Source: Blasia pusilla | Lineage: Eukaryota | Direction: 5' to 3' | NCBI GenBank assembly: GCA_050084515.1 | Contig: CM114271.1 | Span: forward strand, 1,736,001 to 1,800,000 | Length of the DNA: 64,000 nucleotides | Translations under genes and position numbers: made by a program | The notes under the pieces: generated by a model | The model's input: the letters and a program-made list of their open reading frames with translations, nothing else | Told to the model about the DNA's origin: nothing | Databases searched by the model: none | Part shown: positions 49,890 to 62,383 of the stretch, one piece after another | Layout: each line of letters starts with the position of its first letter | Numbering within the stretch: position 1 is the stretch's first letter

Positions 49890-51163
49890 GGATTGACACT
49901 ATGGCACTTTATGCTACCTTGGAATCCTCTCATCCATCTTGGACTAGTCAAAAGGCCTCCCTCTAAGCTATCTATACGTCCTCATCTTCACTCTGTTGAA
50001 GCTCCTCGATTCGTTGAGCCCCATAAGGGCACCTCTCATTCGTGGGAAGGTGTATCCATAATGATGATCCTCTCAAGATTATCACTCATGGGCATGTCCC
50101 ATGCATGGATATGCTCCACAATCAAGTTTGAAACCCAGGTAAGAACACCACTAAATTCTGCTAGGCTCACTATCTCTCAAGGTTATTGCTTTATGACTCC
50201 ACTAGTCCATCGCATTGGAAACAAGCTAACTCATCTCTCATCGGAACGTCATCTTGGCCCTTTGGTGGTTTCATCCTCCTATTAATCTAGGGTAAATCAC
50301 ATCTCGTAAAATATTTCTCCATACACCAAGACTTCATATGACACTACATCAATTACCATCACCTTGGCTCGCACCACAAATCCGTCTCTTAGTTGCTTTG
50401 GACAAATCCTCTATCTAGATGGTCATCCTAGCATCACAAATAGGATCTCCCTCGATCCATCCAAGTGGTAAGCCTTTGCCTCCTCTTCGAACATATCGGC
50501 CTCCACATCCTCCTCCAAGATCACAGGAGCCTCTTAGACGAGGACCATGCCGACCATCATGTCAAGGTGGTTGCACTCCGTGGGATCCTCACATTTCATA
50601 TACAACTTCATATCGTGTGTGACCGCATGCCTTTAAAGTGGCCCTTTGTTATTATTATTTTAAATTTATTCAACCCTATTTATTTATTTTTCCTTTTTAT
50701 TGAATCGTCATCTTTATGATTATGTTTTTTGGATTTTAATAACAATCTCTCCTGCACCTCTTTATGAACTCCATCGTACTCACATTGGCTCACATAGCCA
50801 ACTTCACTATTGAATCTACGTATGGTCATCAAGCCACATCCACCCTTCACAATGAGGCAATCTAGACACTACCACCCAATCTTCCAAACCCTAAAAGGAT
50901 TACTACTCCAAAGTCTAAACATAAGAAAAATGGCTAGTGAAACACATCTCCCTCACCTTTAAACCCTTGAGAGAGCGCTTCCCCCAAAAATAGGCAAAAA
51001 TGGTAGCTTGCACACACATGTGATTGGATGACCATGGATTCGATCAACGAATCACATGGGCCACAATAGCAAGAATAGGATTTTTTAGAAATAAAACTCT
51101 CGACGCGACACAATTGTCTCCAACCTTATTTGACCACTCATGACAAAGTTATGCCCATTCAAC

Positions 51164-51409
51164 CAAGGTTGCACATGGAAAAAGTCTTTTTCAATGGACT
51201 TCCGTTTGTCCATATCCGTGCAGGCTCAGGTGCGGGCCTTGAGCCTGCCAAATGAGGGGCCACCCCGCTTGCAGGACTGCTCCAAGTTGCTATGGGATGT
51301 GCGCCAAATCCGCGCGGGTTCGGCCAACCCGGGTCTACGCTACAGGCTCAGTGGGCTTGGGTGCGGGCCGTAGGTACCCGGGCGACATTTCCGTTTCTCT
51401 GCAACCTTA
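51164..51409. mobile_element. hAT-type MITE inserted in the relic repeat A
   Basis: TIRs CAAGGTTGCA / TGCAACCTTA; TSD CATTCAAC / CAATCAAC. Confidence 0.72.
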
Positions 51410-51825
51410 CAATCAACCCGCTGAGTCTCTACGCCGTTGACACAATAGAACTCTACCTATCGGCTAACCATGAAATGACATTCTAAGTTTTTCTTCAAGT
51501 TTTTGTGACAAGGGCTAAATGAATGGTCTCTTTACTGTACACACAATGAGTTTTAAACCTAAAAGCATGCATGATGTGAACCCTTTCATACACTACTAAT
51601 TGAGGCTCATGAATTTGGGACCTCCAATAGAAGAAAATATTGCATTTTGTGTTCTCGATATATGACTAAGTTGAGTTATTAATGATACTTAATGACTAAT
51701 AATGATTGATGACTTGTAGAATCATACATCCCCTTACCGGTAATGATTAAGGTTGTCTAATCATTAATCAATAAATAAGTAACACATCAACAAAACACAT
51801 TCGTTTGCTCCTTACTTTTATGTTC

Positions 51826-52090
51826 TCCATACATCCATCCATCCATTTTCTATCCGTTGGCTCTTCCTCCAGTTTCCAATCCGTTGGTCCTCTATCCATC
51901 CATTTGCTGTCCATTGACTTTTCTTCCATCCATCCATTTTCCATCCTCCATGTGTCTGCACTCTATCCATCCATGTTCCATGTGTCGATCCTCTCTCCCT
52001 CCATCCACTTTCTATCCTCTGCCTATACTCCATCCATTGTGAAGTCTTGCACTCTTCATCCATCCGTTCGTCCTTTCTCCATCTACTATC
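51826..52090. repeat. Degenerate (TCCA)n / CATC-rich low-complexity tract
   Basis: Many imperfect ATCC/TCCATC units. Confidence 0.6.
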
Positions 52091-55000
52091 AAAACTTGAT
52101 GGGTAGAGGATTTGAACTTGAACCGTTTTCACCAAAATTAGGTTTAACATCACTACCCTATGCACTCACACATATAAGACAAGATCTCATTTCACTACAT
52201 CAATAAAAACCATATTTTTGCTCATAGTAGATTCTAAAATTCATATTTCTTTAGAAAATAAGTGATAGCCTATATGTCAGTATGTGGATGACAAAGTATA
52301 TACATTTAAAAATCTATAAATAAATAAATAAACATATACATGAATGTAATTATTTTTGGAGTATCTAAATCTTTCAAAAGAAAAAATTATATGCAACAAT
52401 TTGAAATCCATAATTGAAAATCAAAACATATGAATTTTAAAAATATTAATACTCAAAAAATTATAGGAGATAAATAGAAAAGTAAATTTTAGATTAGAAG
52501 AAAAAATTTTAGTGGATAATAAATCTACTATTCCAAAAATTTTTAAAAATCATCTTGCAACAAATTGATAGTGAACTCCATGGTAATAGTCTTGATGAAT
52601 ATTTTTTCCTTTTTCCCTTAAATTCATAAAAAATATTTTTTGAAAATATATCAAATCCTTTAAAAATAGACTACAAATAAGTGGATTTATTTTTTAAAGA
52701 AATATATATATATAATATTAAATTGTTATCATGGAAAAGAATCTATACTATGAATATTATTAAAGCAAATGTATCTTTCATTTGATATTTGAGTTCAATT
52801 AGAATATTCAAAGTAAAATCAACTTCTCATATTATAAAATTTATGGTATTTTTAAAAAAGAATATGAATATTTAATCCATCTTATGTAAATAATGTTTCT
52901 CATATAATATTGGATGATAATTCATAAAATTTTATAAATAATTTTCATATGTATGATTGTAACCAATTTATAAATCATGAGGATAGGACTATATTGGTTT
53001 AGTAAGTCATGAAAATGAAATTGAGTTTATCAAGTCATAATTTAAGATATTTTGTACATAAGTCATTCAATGATGAATCATAAAAATCATAATTTCTTTT
53101 AGTGCTCATTATTTCAAAAAATATTTTATGATAAGAAAATTATTCCTCTAAGTAGAATGTCTTTTTTGAAATTTTAATATATTCTTCCTCCTTTATTGAG
53201 GGTGGTATCTCTATATTTCTTATCTTTTGACCTATCTACTAAAACATACTTTTCAACACACTCCTCTAAAAAACCATGCTTTGAGGTTCTCTATGCTTGT
53301 AACTTGTCAAAGTGCGAACATACCACTATTGTGATATATTTTAAAAACTTTCATTAACCCATGAGGTAGTTGTGTTAGATCATTTGGAACTAAGAACTAC
53401 ATAATCTTCTATTGGACTTAGCCGTCATGCAATTATGGGTAGAATTTCCCAAAAATAAGGGGTAGGTGGGGATTAAGGATTTCAATTTCAAGACCAACCA
53501 ATTTCCTATTAGGTTTATCTTCAATGAAACACACTTACTCCCCATGTTTTATAACATATTACAGTCTTCCATATTTTTTTCGAGAGCTTTGATATTATCT
53601 TGTCCCAAAAGTTTCAGTTCATGTCTTTCTACTTTTTAAACCTCTTTAGTCTATATCTCATGGTCTCTAAGGTCTTTCTGTCCCTCAAACATAAATCATT
53701 AAATAATTAAAGGCTCAATCTTATGAACGCTAATTATTGACAAAAAGAGTAAATTTATCTTATGGGAAATCTTGAGCAAAGAATGTTGTTTGAATTAAAT
53801 CTATTGCAACACATGGCAAAGTAGAGAGCACATATCAAACATGATCCATAAATGTAGCCTATTTCATGGAAAGGGAGTAATTGTAGATCCAACACTCTAT
53901 CATCATGGGCAATCATCCCTCCACCACACCCACCACACATGCTAAACATTCCAAAATATTAATGGGGATGTTTGATAAGAGTTTCATGGCTAGTCAAGTT
54001 CAAATGTCTTGTCGACTTAAGGATGGAACCCTATCATAATTTCTTATCTGCGAGTTCATATTGTCACATCTGAGTAGCCGATAGGCCGAGATCTATCGTG
54101 GATAGGGCATAGGAGCCAACGGACTATCTTGAGTGTAACTTTGTCCCACAATGTCGGATGAGGTTGAGGTTAGGTCCATTGTGTCAGGACCGTCGTTTCT
54201 GACGACTTTCATGTTGAGGTCTTTTACAACCGGGTGACTTGTTGACCAGGTCACCTGCCCCTGGTAACCTGTGCGCGCAGGTTACCAAGGGAAGGGCTAT
54301 TTTTAGGAGAAGAGCCTTTTGGCTCTTCCCAACCTATATAAGAGAGGAAGATGGCTTTCCTAAGCCATCTTTCTCATGTTGGGCCGTTGGAGCACCTCCC
54401 TTGTATGTGTGTGAGCTAGGACTAGGGTGCTAGCGTCCGGATTCCTTGATAGCACAAGGTGGACGAGGCTCGATATGCCGATGTAGATTGAGGAGTGGAG
54501 TTTTAGGCCGGGTGTGCCATTTTTACTACTCTTTATTTTTACATGAGAAAGATGTCAGGGGGCTGGTGGGAATTCGTTGTTTGCAGGTAGGCAAGCGAGT
54601 TGCCTCGGTTGGGGAGCCCCTGGAGATGTGTGTGTGACATTTTTGTGTCATTTTCTGTTCGAAAGGCCGTGGGCGGAAGCGCTGTCCGTTTTTCTCAGTT
54701 TTTGCTGGTGCGGATTGATGGGGGACAGCAGCCGAGTGTAGCGTGTGGTGGGGCGTTGGGTGTACGCAAGTGAAGGCGTCGAGAGAGAAGGAACGGGCAA
54801 GTTTGGGTCTTGCAGCCGCCGGGGGGCTGTCAAGTAAAGACGGCTAGGTTAGGTCGAAGTTTAGGGTTCAGGGCGCGGATAGCATGGCGCGGACAACAAA
54901 GCGGCGAGCAAGGCGGACAAGAAGTCGGGCGTGATAGGCCCCCCCCCCGGCATTTAGGGCCCAAGGGGCCCGCATAGGGCCGCGGTCCAAGTCTTTCCCC

Positions 55001-55253
55001 CCTCTCCAACGTGGTAGGAGTGGATGCAGTTGTCGTGAACGTGGTAGGACGGACGAGGTCGGTCCGGCGAACGCGGTGTGCATGGGCGTGCGTGAGGCTG
55101 GGTATGTCATCACGGGATTGACGTTAGCACAGGTGAGCTAGTGAGGCGTGTGGGAGACTCTCGGTGAGTTTGAGTGCTTGAGCGGGTGAGACAGGGTTTG
55201 TCATCACGGCGTTCTTCTAGGTTTCGGAAGAACGGGGTAGTGCGAGTAGTGGT

Positions 55254-58200
55254 GTGACACGGAGTGGAGTGAGATACCGAGGGGTTACCAGTGAGGAGCT
55301 CCCGCGACATCCATCCGTGGATCGGATCGTCATCATCGGACACGGGTCCGTGACGAGATCATCGCAGAGACAAGAGTACTTGGCAGGAGATGGACGACAT
55401 GGGCCATGGGGCATGCGTCGTTTCTCGGTGCAAATGGGCACCATCGACTTAGATGATTTCATCCAGGAGTTCGACACATGGTGCGACTTCAGGAGATACG
55501 GACCCGACACGGTTCAACCCTTTCATGGCATGGAAGGGGTTGTTCCAAAGATTTTGGAGGGTCATCCGATGGATGACTACATGGAGTTCCGATCACTATA
55601 TTCAGTAGAGATCGATGCCTGGAGGATGTATTGGGCTCCAAGGTATGTGTCCACTAGTGGTCGCGAGGCATATGATGGGATTGTGAGAGGAGAGAGACCC
55701 ACACCATCAGCCCGGAGACTAGATGGAGAGGAGGGCGTGACACAAAGCGATGTGGCAGAGACCTCTGGTGGTAGAGGGCCACCCAGCTTCAGCCCCACAG
55801 TGGAGTTCTTCCGACAGTTGGGGAAGAGCTACCAGGGCGTATGCACCGACCAGCTGAAGACTCTACAGGATTTTCAGCGCCAATCGGGTGAGAGTCTGAG
55901 AGAGGCCTTCACACTGATCATTGCGAGGAGGCGCAATCACCCAAAGATTGGTGGGGTTCGGACCGAGAACTACGGAGGAGAGTCCGAGATGCGGTGCTGA
56001 TTCACACATCGAAGCCCACATTGAAGGTGGTCTTTGAGTTGTCTGAGCGTATTGAGCTCAACATGAGTGAGGAGCGGTAGTGACCGCTGGATTTTTCGAG
56101 AGTCGACGGGTCCACGAAGCGGCGGTGACCCCACCGGTGCCAAATGAGCACCGATTACACGGAGCGGGCGGTGTGCCTAGAGAGAGCGGCGGGTACCGTG
56201 AGCCTATGAGGCAACGACCCGCACCTACATATGTTGCCCAGCAGGACCGGTGTGGTCTTGTTGGACGTGTGGGCGGGCCCATAGGCAGAGAGACGCCACA
56301 AAGATGGGAGAGGACCACTGGCGCCTCCGATTGCGCAGAGCCACAGAGGATGGCCCCACCCGGCACCAGTGTGACCATTGCCACAGATATGGTCACACTA
56401 GGGATAGATGTTTTGACCTTCGCCGAGGGGCACGTCCAGCAGGTAGGCCGAGGGCCTGGGGGCGGTTGTCCTGGAGGAGGTCGGGGAGTTCTTCCTGGAC
56501 GTGGTGGAAGAGGACCACCACCAGCCAGAGGAGATGGAGCAAGAGCACTAGAGCCGGCACTTCTCTCACGCATTGATCAGTTGGAGCAGAGGATTGTTGC
56601 CATGACGATTATGCAGCTTAGGGAAGGCACGGAGCTGCGAGCAACTAGTGTCACTCTAGTCTCTACCTCTTACCTTGACCCGGGTGAGGATCTCTCCAAT
56701 ATGGGATTTATGTGTAGTGCAGCCCAGGTTGAGGCAGCTGCGGTGGTGACTCGGGGTGCTGCGAGAGGCACCGAGCCATCAAGAGGTGGAGTTGAGATTG
56801 ACCCACCAGATGGGACCGATGGGCGGCAGGCCAGGGTTCCACAGTCGTTCACATTGTCGGAGGCACTACACACACCATCGATGGTGCCTTGACGACCAGC
56901 GTGTGTCTGATTCGGCACCACGTCGACGTCACGAGGAGTTGGAGTGACAACTCCTATGCCGGCTCGAGTGGAGTGAGTGTCGACTATAGTGTTGGAGGTG
57001 GCCACTAGAGTGAGTCAGACTCCGCTATTTTCCGCCTTAGAGTTGGCGACGTTGGGAGTTGGACCAGCTTAGGTGTTCCGGTTGGCCGCCACGTTGTGTG
57101 AGCGTGGAGAGATGCGCTTCTTGTTCGAGGTAGTTGAGGAGGTGGTGGACTTGCCCTCAGAGCGGTCGGGGCGTTCCCCACGAGTCATGGCATGCGGCGG
57201 CGCGGTTGGTAGATATGCCACTCGACCGCCATAGAGCGGCGATGGTGACACTGGAGAGTAGTGTTTGGATAACGAGTCGAGTATTTTGCTTGGTTAGTCC
57301 GAAGGGGACGATATACCACCGCAAGCGCCCTACTTGATTCGGGAGCGCAACCCTTGATGTTAGGAAGGCGGCGTGTTTAGCGTTGGGGTTCGGAAGGCCG
57401 ACATTGAGACTTGTCCCTTCCAAATACAGACCTCGATTGGGGGCGTATCACCCACTCAGTATATGACTCGACAGGAGATTGTTGTGAGAGTCCATCCAGA
57501 GCATGCGACGGATAGTGCTATGGTGTGCACACGTGCGATTACGACACCAGCTGAGTCGTACGATGTGTTGGTGGGGAGTATAGTGTTATATCCCCTAGGA
57601 TTCATCCTTGACTTCTGGGAGGAGACGGTTGCTTATGGGCCAGGATGGCGGTCAAGTGACGGTCGGATGAGTCGATTACCCGTCTTTGTTTATGGACGCA
57701 GGTGGTCGATCGAGGCGAAGTCAGTGACCACGTTGGCGGCTTTCACATGTAGTGGTAGCTGGCCAGGAGAGTTGTTGGAGGGGAACGCACATGCGGAGGA
57801 TGTCCCAGTAGCGGATAGTCCCACGGAGAGACAGGCCATGGTGGGTGTCTCTTCCCATGTTAGCGATGCCTCTTCACCATTATGGGGTACGTTTTGACAG
57901 CTACAGAGGAGTGCCGACAACCTCGTGAGGTAGGCGTGGAGTCATGTTTTTATCCCAGAGCAGCGAGAGTCACGTGGCGATCGGGCTCTTGGAGTGGAGA
58001 CGATGACCCCACTAGATACCACACCTGTTGTGTGGCAATGCCCAGAGGAGGGTGTTAGGGTGTTAGATCTCTTTGGAGGGATTAGCACCGGATTGGCTGC
58101 AGTATTGCAGGCGGGCACACGGGTGCATCACTACCTTTATGTTGAGAGAGATGAGACCGCGCGGCGAGTATCATTACGTCACGTGGCGAGATTGGTCCAG

Positions 58201-61200
58201 AGGTATCCCGAGTTGTTGTCGGTATCTCGAGACGGGGATACCAAAGATACGCTACGGGTCGACATATCTTTGGTGGGGGCATAGGATCTGGATAGAGTTG
58301 GCACCATTCATTTGGTGATTGCTGGATGGCCATGTCAAGGTCATTCATCAGCTGGCCAAGGATTTGGATTGCAGGATCCGAGGTGAGGGATGTTTTGGGA
58401 GATGCTGCGAGTAGTACGACACTTGCAGCAGAGTCAGATATGTTCTCCAACGTACATTTTGGAGAACGTGCCGTTGTTGGGAGATACTCGTGCACGTGTG
58501 ATGACGAGTGTACATCGAGTGAGTCCTGGTTGGGACATTTTGTGTTGTTAGATGCAGCGAGAGTTGGGTCACGTGCCCATCGTCCACGACTGTGGTGGAC
58601 GAACCTGATACCATCAGAGGTATTGAGTCGAGCCTACAGTGGAGTCCAGAGAGCACCACATCTCACGGTGGATGCTATTTTGGACTCAGGGCGTCGATCT
58701 CAGGTGGTGACACGCGATGATAGACCACCGTTGGCCATGGCCAATAGGGTGGGGGAGTTGAGGGCAGCCTTACCTACGTTGGTGAGCTTCCCAGCATCCC
58801 ATGCCTTTCGTTAGGGAGGGCCAGGCATGATTTGGGATGAGGTGACCGGAGTATTGGAGGAGCCTATAGCAGATGAGCGCGAGCGCGCCATGGGGTTCAC
58901 TACCGGTACATTACGGGCGGTGCGAGGGATGACTGAGGCATCACGGAGACAGGTGTTGGGGCAGGCGATGGACCTCAACTGTCTCACATGGATAGTCAGC
59001 CTAGGTATGGCTGAGCAGAGACGGATGCGAGTGTCATCCATGCCCTCACGTCCACGAGTTGGACCACTGCCTACAGGGTTTGTACTGGCATTGGATGGGG
59101 GCGAGACGAGGAGAGAGAGGCACCCATGGACTTCCTGGGACGCTGTCGAGCAGAGAGTGCGAAGGCGGCTAGAGTAGCACATGTTCATTTTTCGGATGTG
59201 GAGCATGGTGTAGGAGGTCAGAGTGGAGTGGCTGTTGTGGAGGTGGCTAGGGTTGCTACATAGCAACCAAAGCCGGAGGTTGCGTCCTCTCCGAGTGAGG
59301 TCACGATGGAGACTTGGGAGCCTGTGATAGGTCTCAAGTTGATAGGAGGAGAGCGACGGCAAGTTCATAGGTTTCTGAGAGGGCATGTCAGTTGTTTTGC
59401 CTTCAGTATGAGAGACTTGGGTACGCTGAAGGGTCCCGGGATACGGATTGAGTTGGCTAGTGATAGGCCGATCTTTCGTCGACCCTACAGGTATTTTGAT
59501 ATGGAACGAGCCTTGATTCAGAGCAGGAGTCATGACTTGTTGGAGGCAGGACTTGTGGAGTTGTCACATGGGGAGTATGCATCTGCCACAATCATGCCGG
59601 TGAAGAAGGATATGTATGGCAATTGGACGGATAGGCGGATGTGTGGAGATTACGGTCCTATCAACGGACTGACGAGGTCAGATCGGTATGCCATGCCTAC
59701 TCCTGAGGAGATCTTTGATGCGGTAGGGCATGCAAAGATCTTGAGTACTTTAGATCTTCGTGCTGGCTATCATCAGCTTCCTATCAGGTTGGAGGACAGG
59801 GAGAAGACATCATTCTGGGGGATAGATCGGTTCGGGAAAGATTGCTTATATCAGTGGCGGTTCTTACCATTTGCGTTGAAGAACGCGCGTGCGGAGTTTC
59901 AGAGAGTGATGGATAGGATTCTGGCTGGCTTGGATTTTGTATGATGTTACATAGATGATATTCTTATCTTCAGTTCCATGGTTGAGGAGCATGAGCGACA
60001 CTTGGAGGAGGTGTTTCGGCGATTGCAGTTACATGGACTGAAGTTACATCCAGGCAAGTGCAGATTCTTTCAGGAGCAGATTGAGTACTTGGGACACACC
60101 ATATACCCGAGTGGGTTAGGCATTGATGAAGACGAAGGTAGAGGCTATTGCGTGAGATTCCACGCCCTCTGAGATGTGAGTCGAGTCCGAGCATTTCTTG
60201 GACTGGCGAACTTCTATCGACGGTATGTCAAGGGTTTTAGTGCGATCGCAAAGTCTTTGACCTTGTTGATGAGACTTGATCAGGTGTGGTTGTGGGGAGA
60301 TGATCAGGAGCGAGCATTTCAGGAGCTCAAGGACAGGTTGACGTCCTCACCCATTTTCTGAGAGACGGTTAGGGGTCGCCCATTCCAGTTACATACGGAT
60401 TGGAGCATGTTGGGTCTAGGAGCAGTGCTTACTCAGAGGGATGACGAGGAGAGGGAGTTTGTTGTGGCTTACGCGAGTCGATCGAACAACATTGCAGAGG
60501 CGAAGTACAGCTCCTATGAGGGAGAGTGCTTGGCTGCAGTGTGGGCCGTGGCACATTTTAGGTGCTATTTATTTGGCAACCCTTTCACACTTATCACTGA
60601 TCATCAGCCATTGAAGTGGTTGATGGAGTCCGACAAGCTTACGGGAAAGCTTGCCAGGTGGGCTCTATTACTACAGGAGTATGAGTTTGAGGTGGTTCAT
60701 AGGCCAGGTCGGCTGAACCAGGATGCGGATGGGTTGAGTCGTAACCCATGTTCGAGTCAGAGAGACGTCACGGGAGCTCGATGGCACGGAGAGAGTGATG
60801 AGGAGATGGTGCCCGGTTGGCATGCATCTACCTATCTTTGTTGGTTGACTATGGCAGGTCAGCCATAAGTGATGACTCCAGTGGTGGGATTGGATGATGA
60901 GTCTTTGGATCCGGAGGTTAGTGAGGAGGCGACAGGTGGTCGTGATATCCATGACGACGTGGAGGTTGTGGACTTCTTGCGCACTGGCGTCATTGCGAGT
61001 ACAGTGAGTGCTAGGGAGCGGGATCGGATCCTACAGAGAGGCAAGAGGTTCAGGTGGGAGGGGACTCACATTTTGCGGTTATGGGGAGATGGTAGGATAC
61101 GAGTGGTACCTCATCCCTCCCAGCGAGCACGTGTAGTGCGACATGCCCATGAGGAGTTGGGACATTTCGGAGTAAAGCGTACTTACAGCTTACTCTAGGT

Positions 61201-62383
61201 TCAGTATTGGTGGCGCGGCATGCATACTGGGGTACAACAGTTTGTGGCTTGATGTATGGTATGAGATAGAGTGCGAGCATCCTTCAATGCTCCCACTCGC
61301 ATGATTACATCCTTTGCCGATTATGGGTTTAGGTTATCGGTGGAGTTTAGACTTTGCGGGACCTTTGCCATTGACAGGCGTCATCATAGGTAGTGCGTGT
61401 TAGTCATGGTGGAGCATTTCTCCAAGTGGATAGAGTTGGTGGCACTACCAGACAAAGCGGCGAGGAACGGCTTATGCGTTTCTAGATCGTGTGCTTAGTC
61501 ACTTTGGTGCACCGGGAGGTGTTGACCACCAGGTACCGAGTTCAAGGGAGAGTTTCAAGCCTTGTGTGATCAGGCGCTGATAGATCACCGCACCACGTCC
61601 AGGGATCATCCTGAGGCGGATGGATTGGCGGAGAGAGTGGTACAGACGGTGAAGAGAGGATTGCGCAAGTATGGCTTGCAGCGGGGACAGTTGAGGGAGT
61701 GGGACCTACAGTTGCCATGGTTGGCTATGGGTTGTTGCTTTAGTCGGCAGGCATCTTTGGCGTCATTTTCACCGTACTTTTTGCTCTTTGGGAGAGAGCC
61801 AGATTTACTTGCAGCAATTTGACGTGACATGGCGGAGGTGTTAGATCTTGATGATCCAGAGGTGTGGGTGCAAGCATGTTCTCAGAGGGCAGAAGTTTTT
61901 CGTAGAGTTATGCCTATGGCCTTTGAGAACTTAGCTATTGCCCAGCATAGAGATACATTGAGGTATGCGACCATTCGTGGAGGAGGTTATCATCCAGGGA
62001 TTAGGAGGTTTCATCCTGGAGATTACGTGTATTTACAGCAGGCGGCACCCACGACACTAGATGTCACTGTAGGGCGCACGATCCTACGTGTGCGCGAGGT
62101 ATTACCGACCGGAGTCCTCATGTTGGAGGGATGAGATGGTATGGTTTGGAAGGATCATATGCGCGATTGTGCGCCATGTCATCTTCCGAACGTAGATGGG
62201 ACGGTGGATCCAAGCTTGGCAGTGGTACCTGCAGGCTTGAGGTGTATGTTGTGCGGATCTGCGAGGGGTGCAGCCACCATGTTGGTATGTGATGGTTGTT
62301 CTCGAGGGTGGCATATGTCATGTCTGACCCCCCCTCTTGATGTGGTTCCCACGGGACGATGGATGTGTCCGAGATGTGTATAG
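55254..62383 (+). pseudogene. Element 4 polyprotein Gag-PR-DNMT-RT-RNaseH-IN-PHD
   Basis: Same motifs as element 2, including CDHCHRYGHTRDRC, YIDD, TDHQPLKWL, ADGLAER and an intact C4HC3 PHD at 62243-62380. Confidence 0.9.
58054..59015 (+). pseudogene. Element 4 DNMT3-like methyltransferase domain
   Basis: VRVLDLFGGISTG, IAGWPCQGHS, YILENV, AHRPRLWWTNL, ERERAMGF, RRQVLGQAMD. Confidence 0.9.

Larger units (their letters stand above)
47960..51480 (-). mobile_element. Old, truncated antisense relic of the same retrotransposon group (repeat A, gag/linker remnants, DNMT, RT start)
   Basis: On the - strand it starts TGTCA at 51480 with sequence homologous to the solo A. EVPLWGST linker near 50020, DLFGGI near 49400-49420, IWLTNLMPHEVLRKAY near 48540-48590, and a TW....PNLT..EK RT start near 48080-48120. 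Confidence 0.7.

Noticed and set aside
53250-54057. Possible decayed coding remnant continuing after 63226 (target of element 4)
   Set aside because: Too degenerate to assign without a database search.
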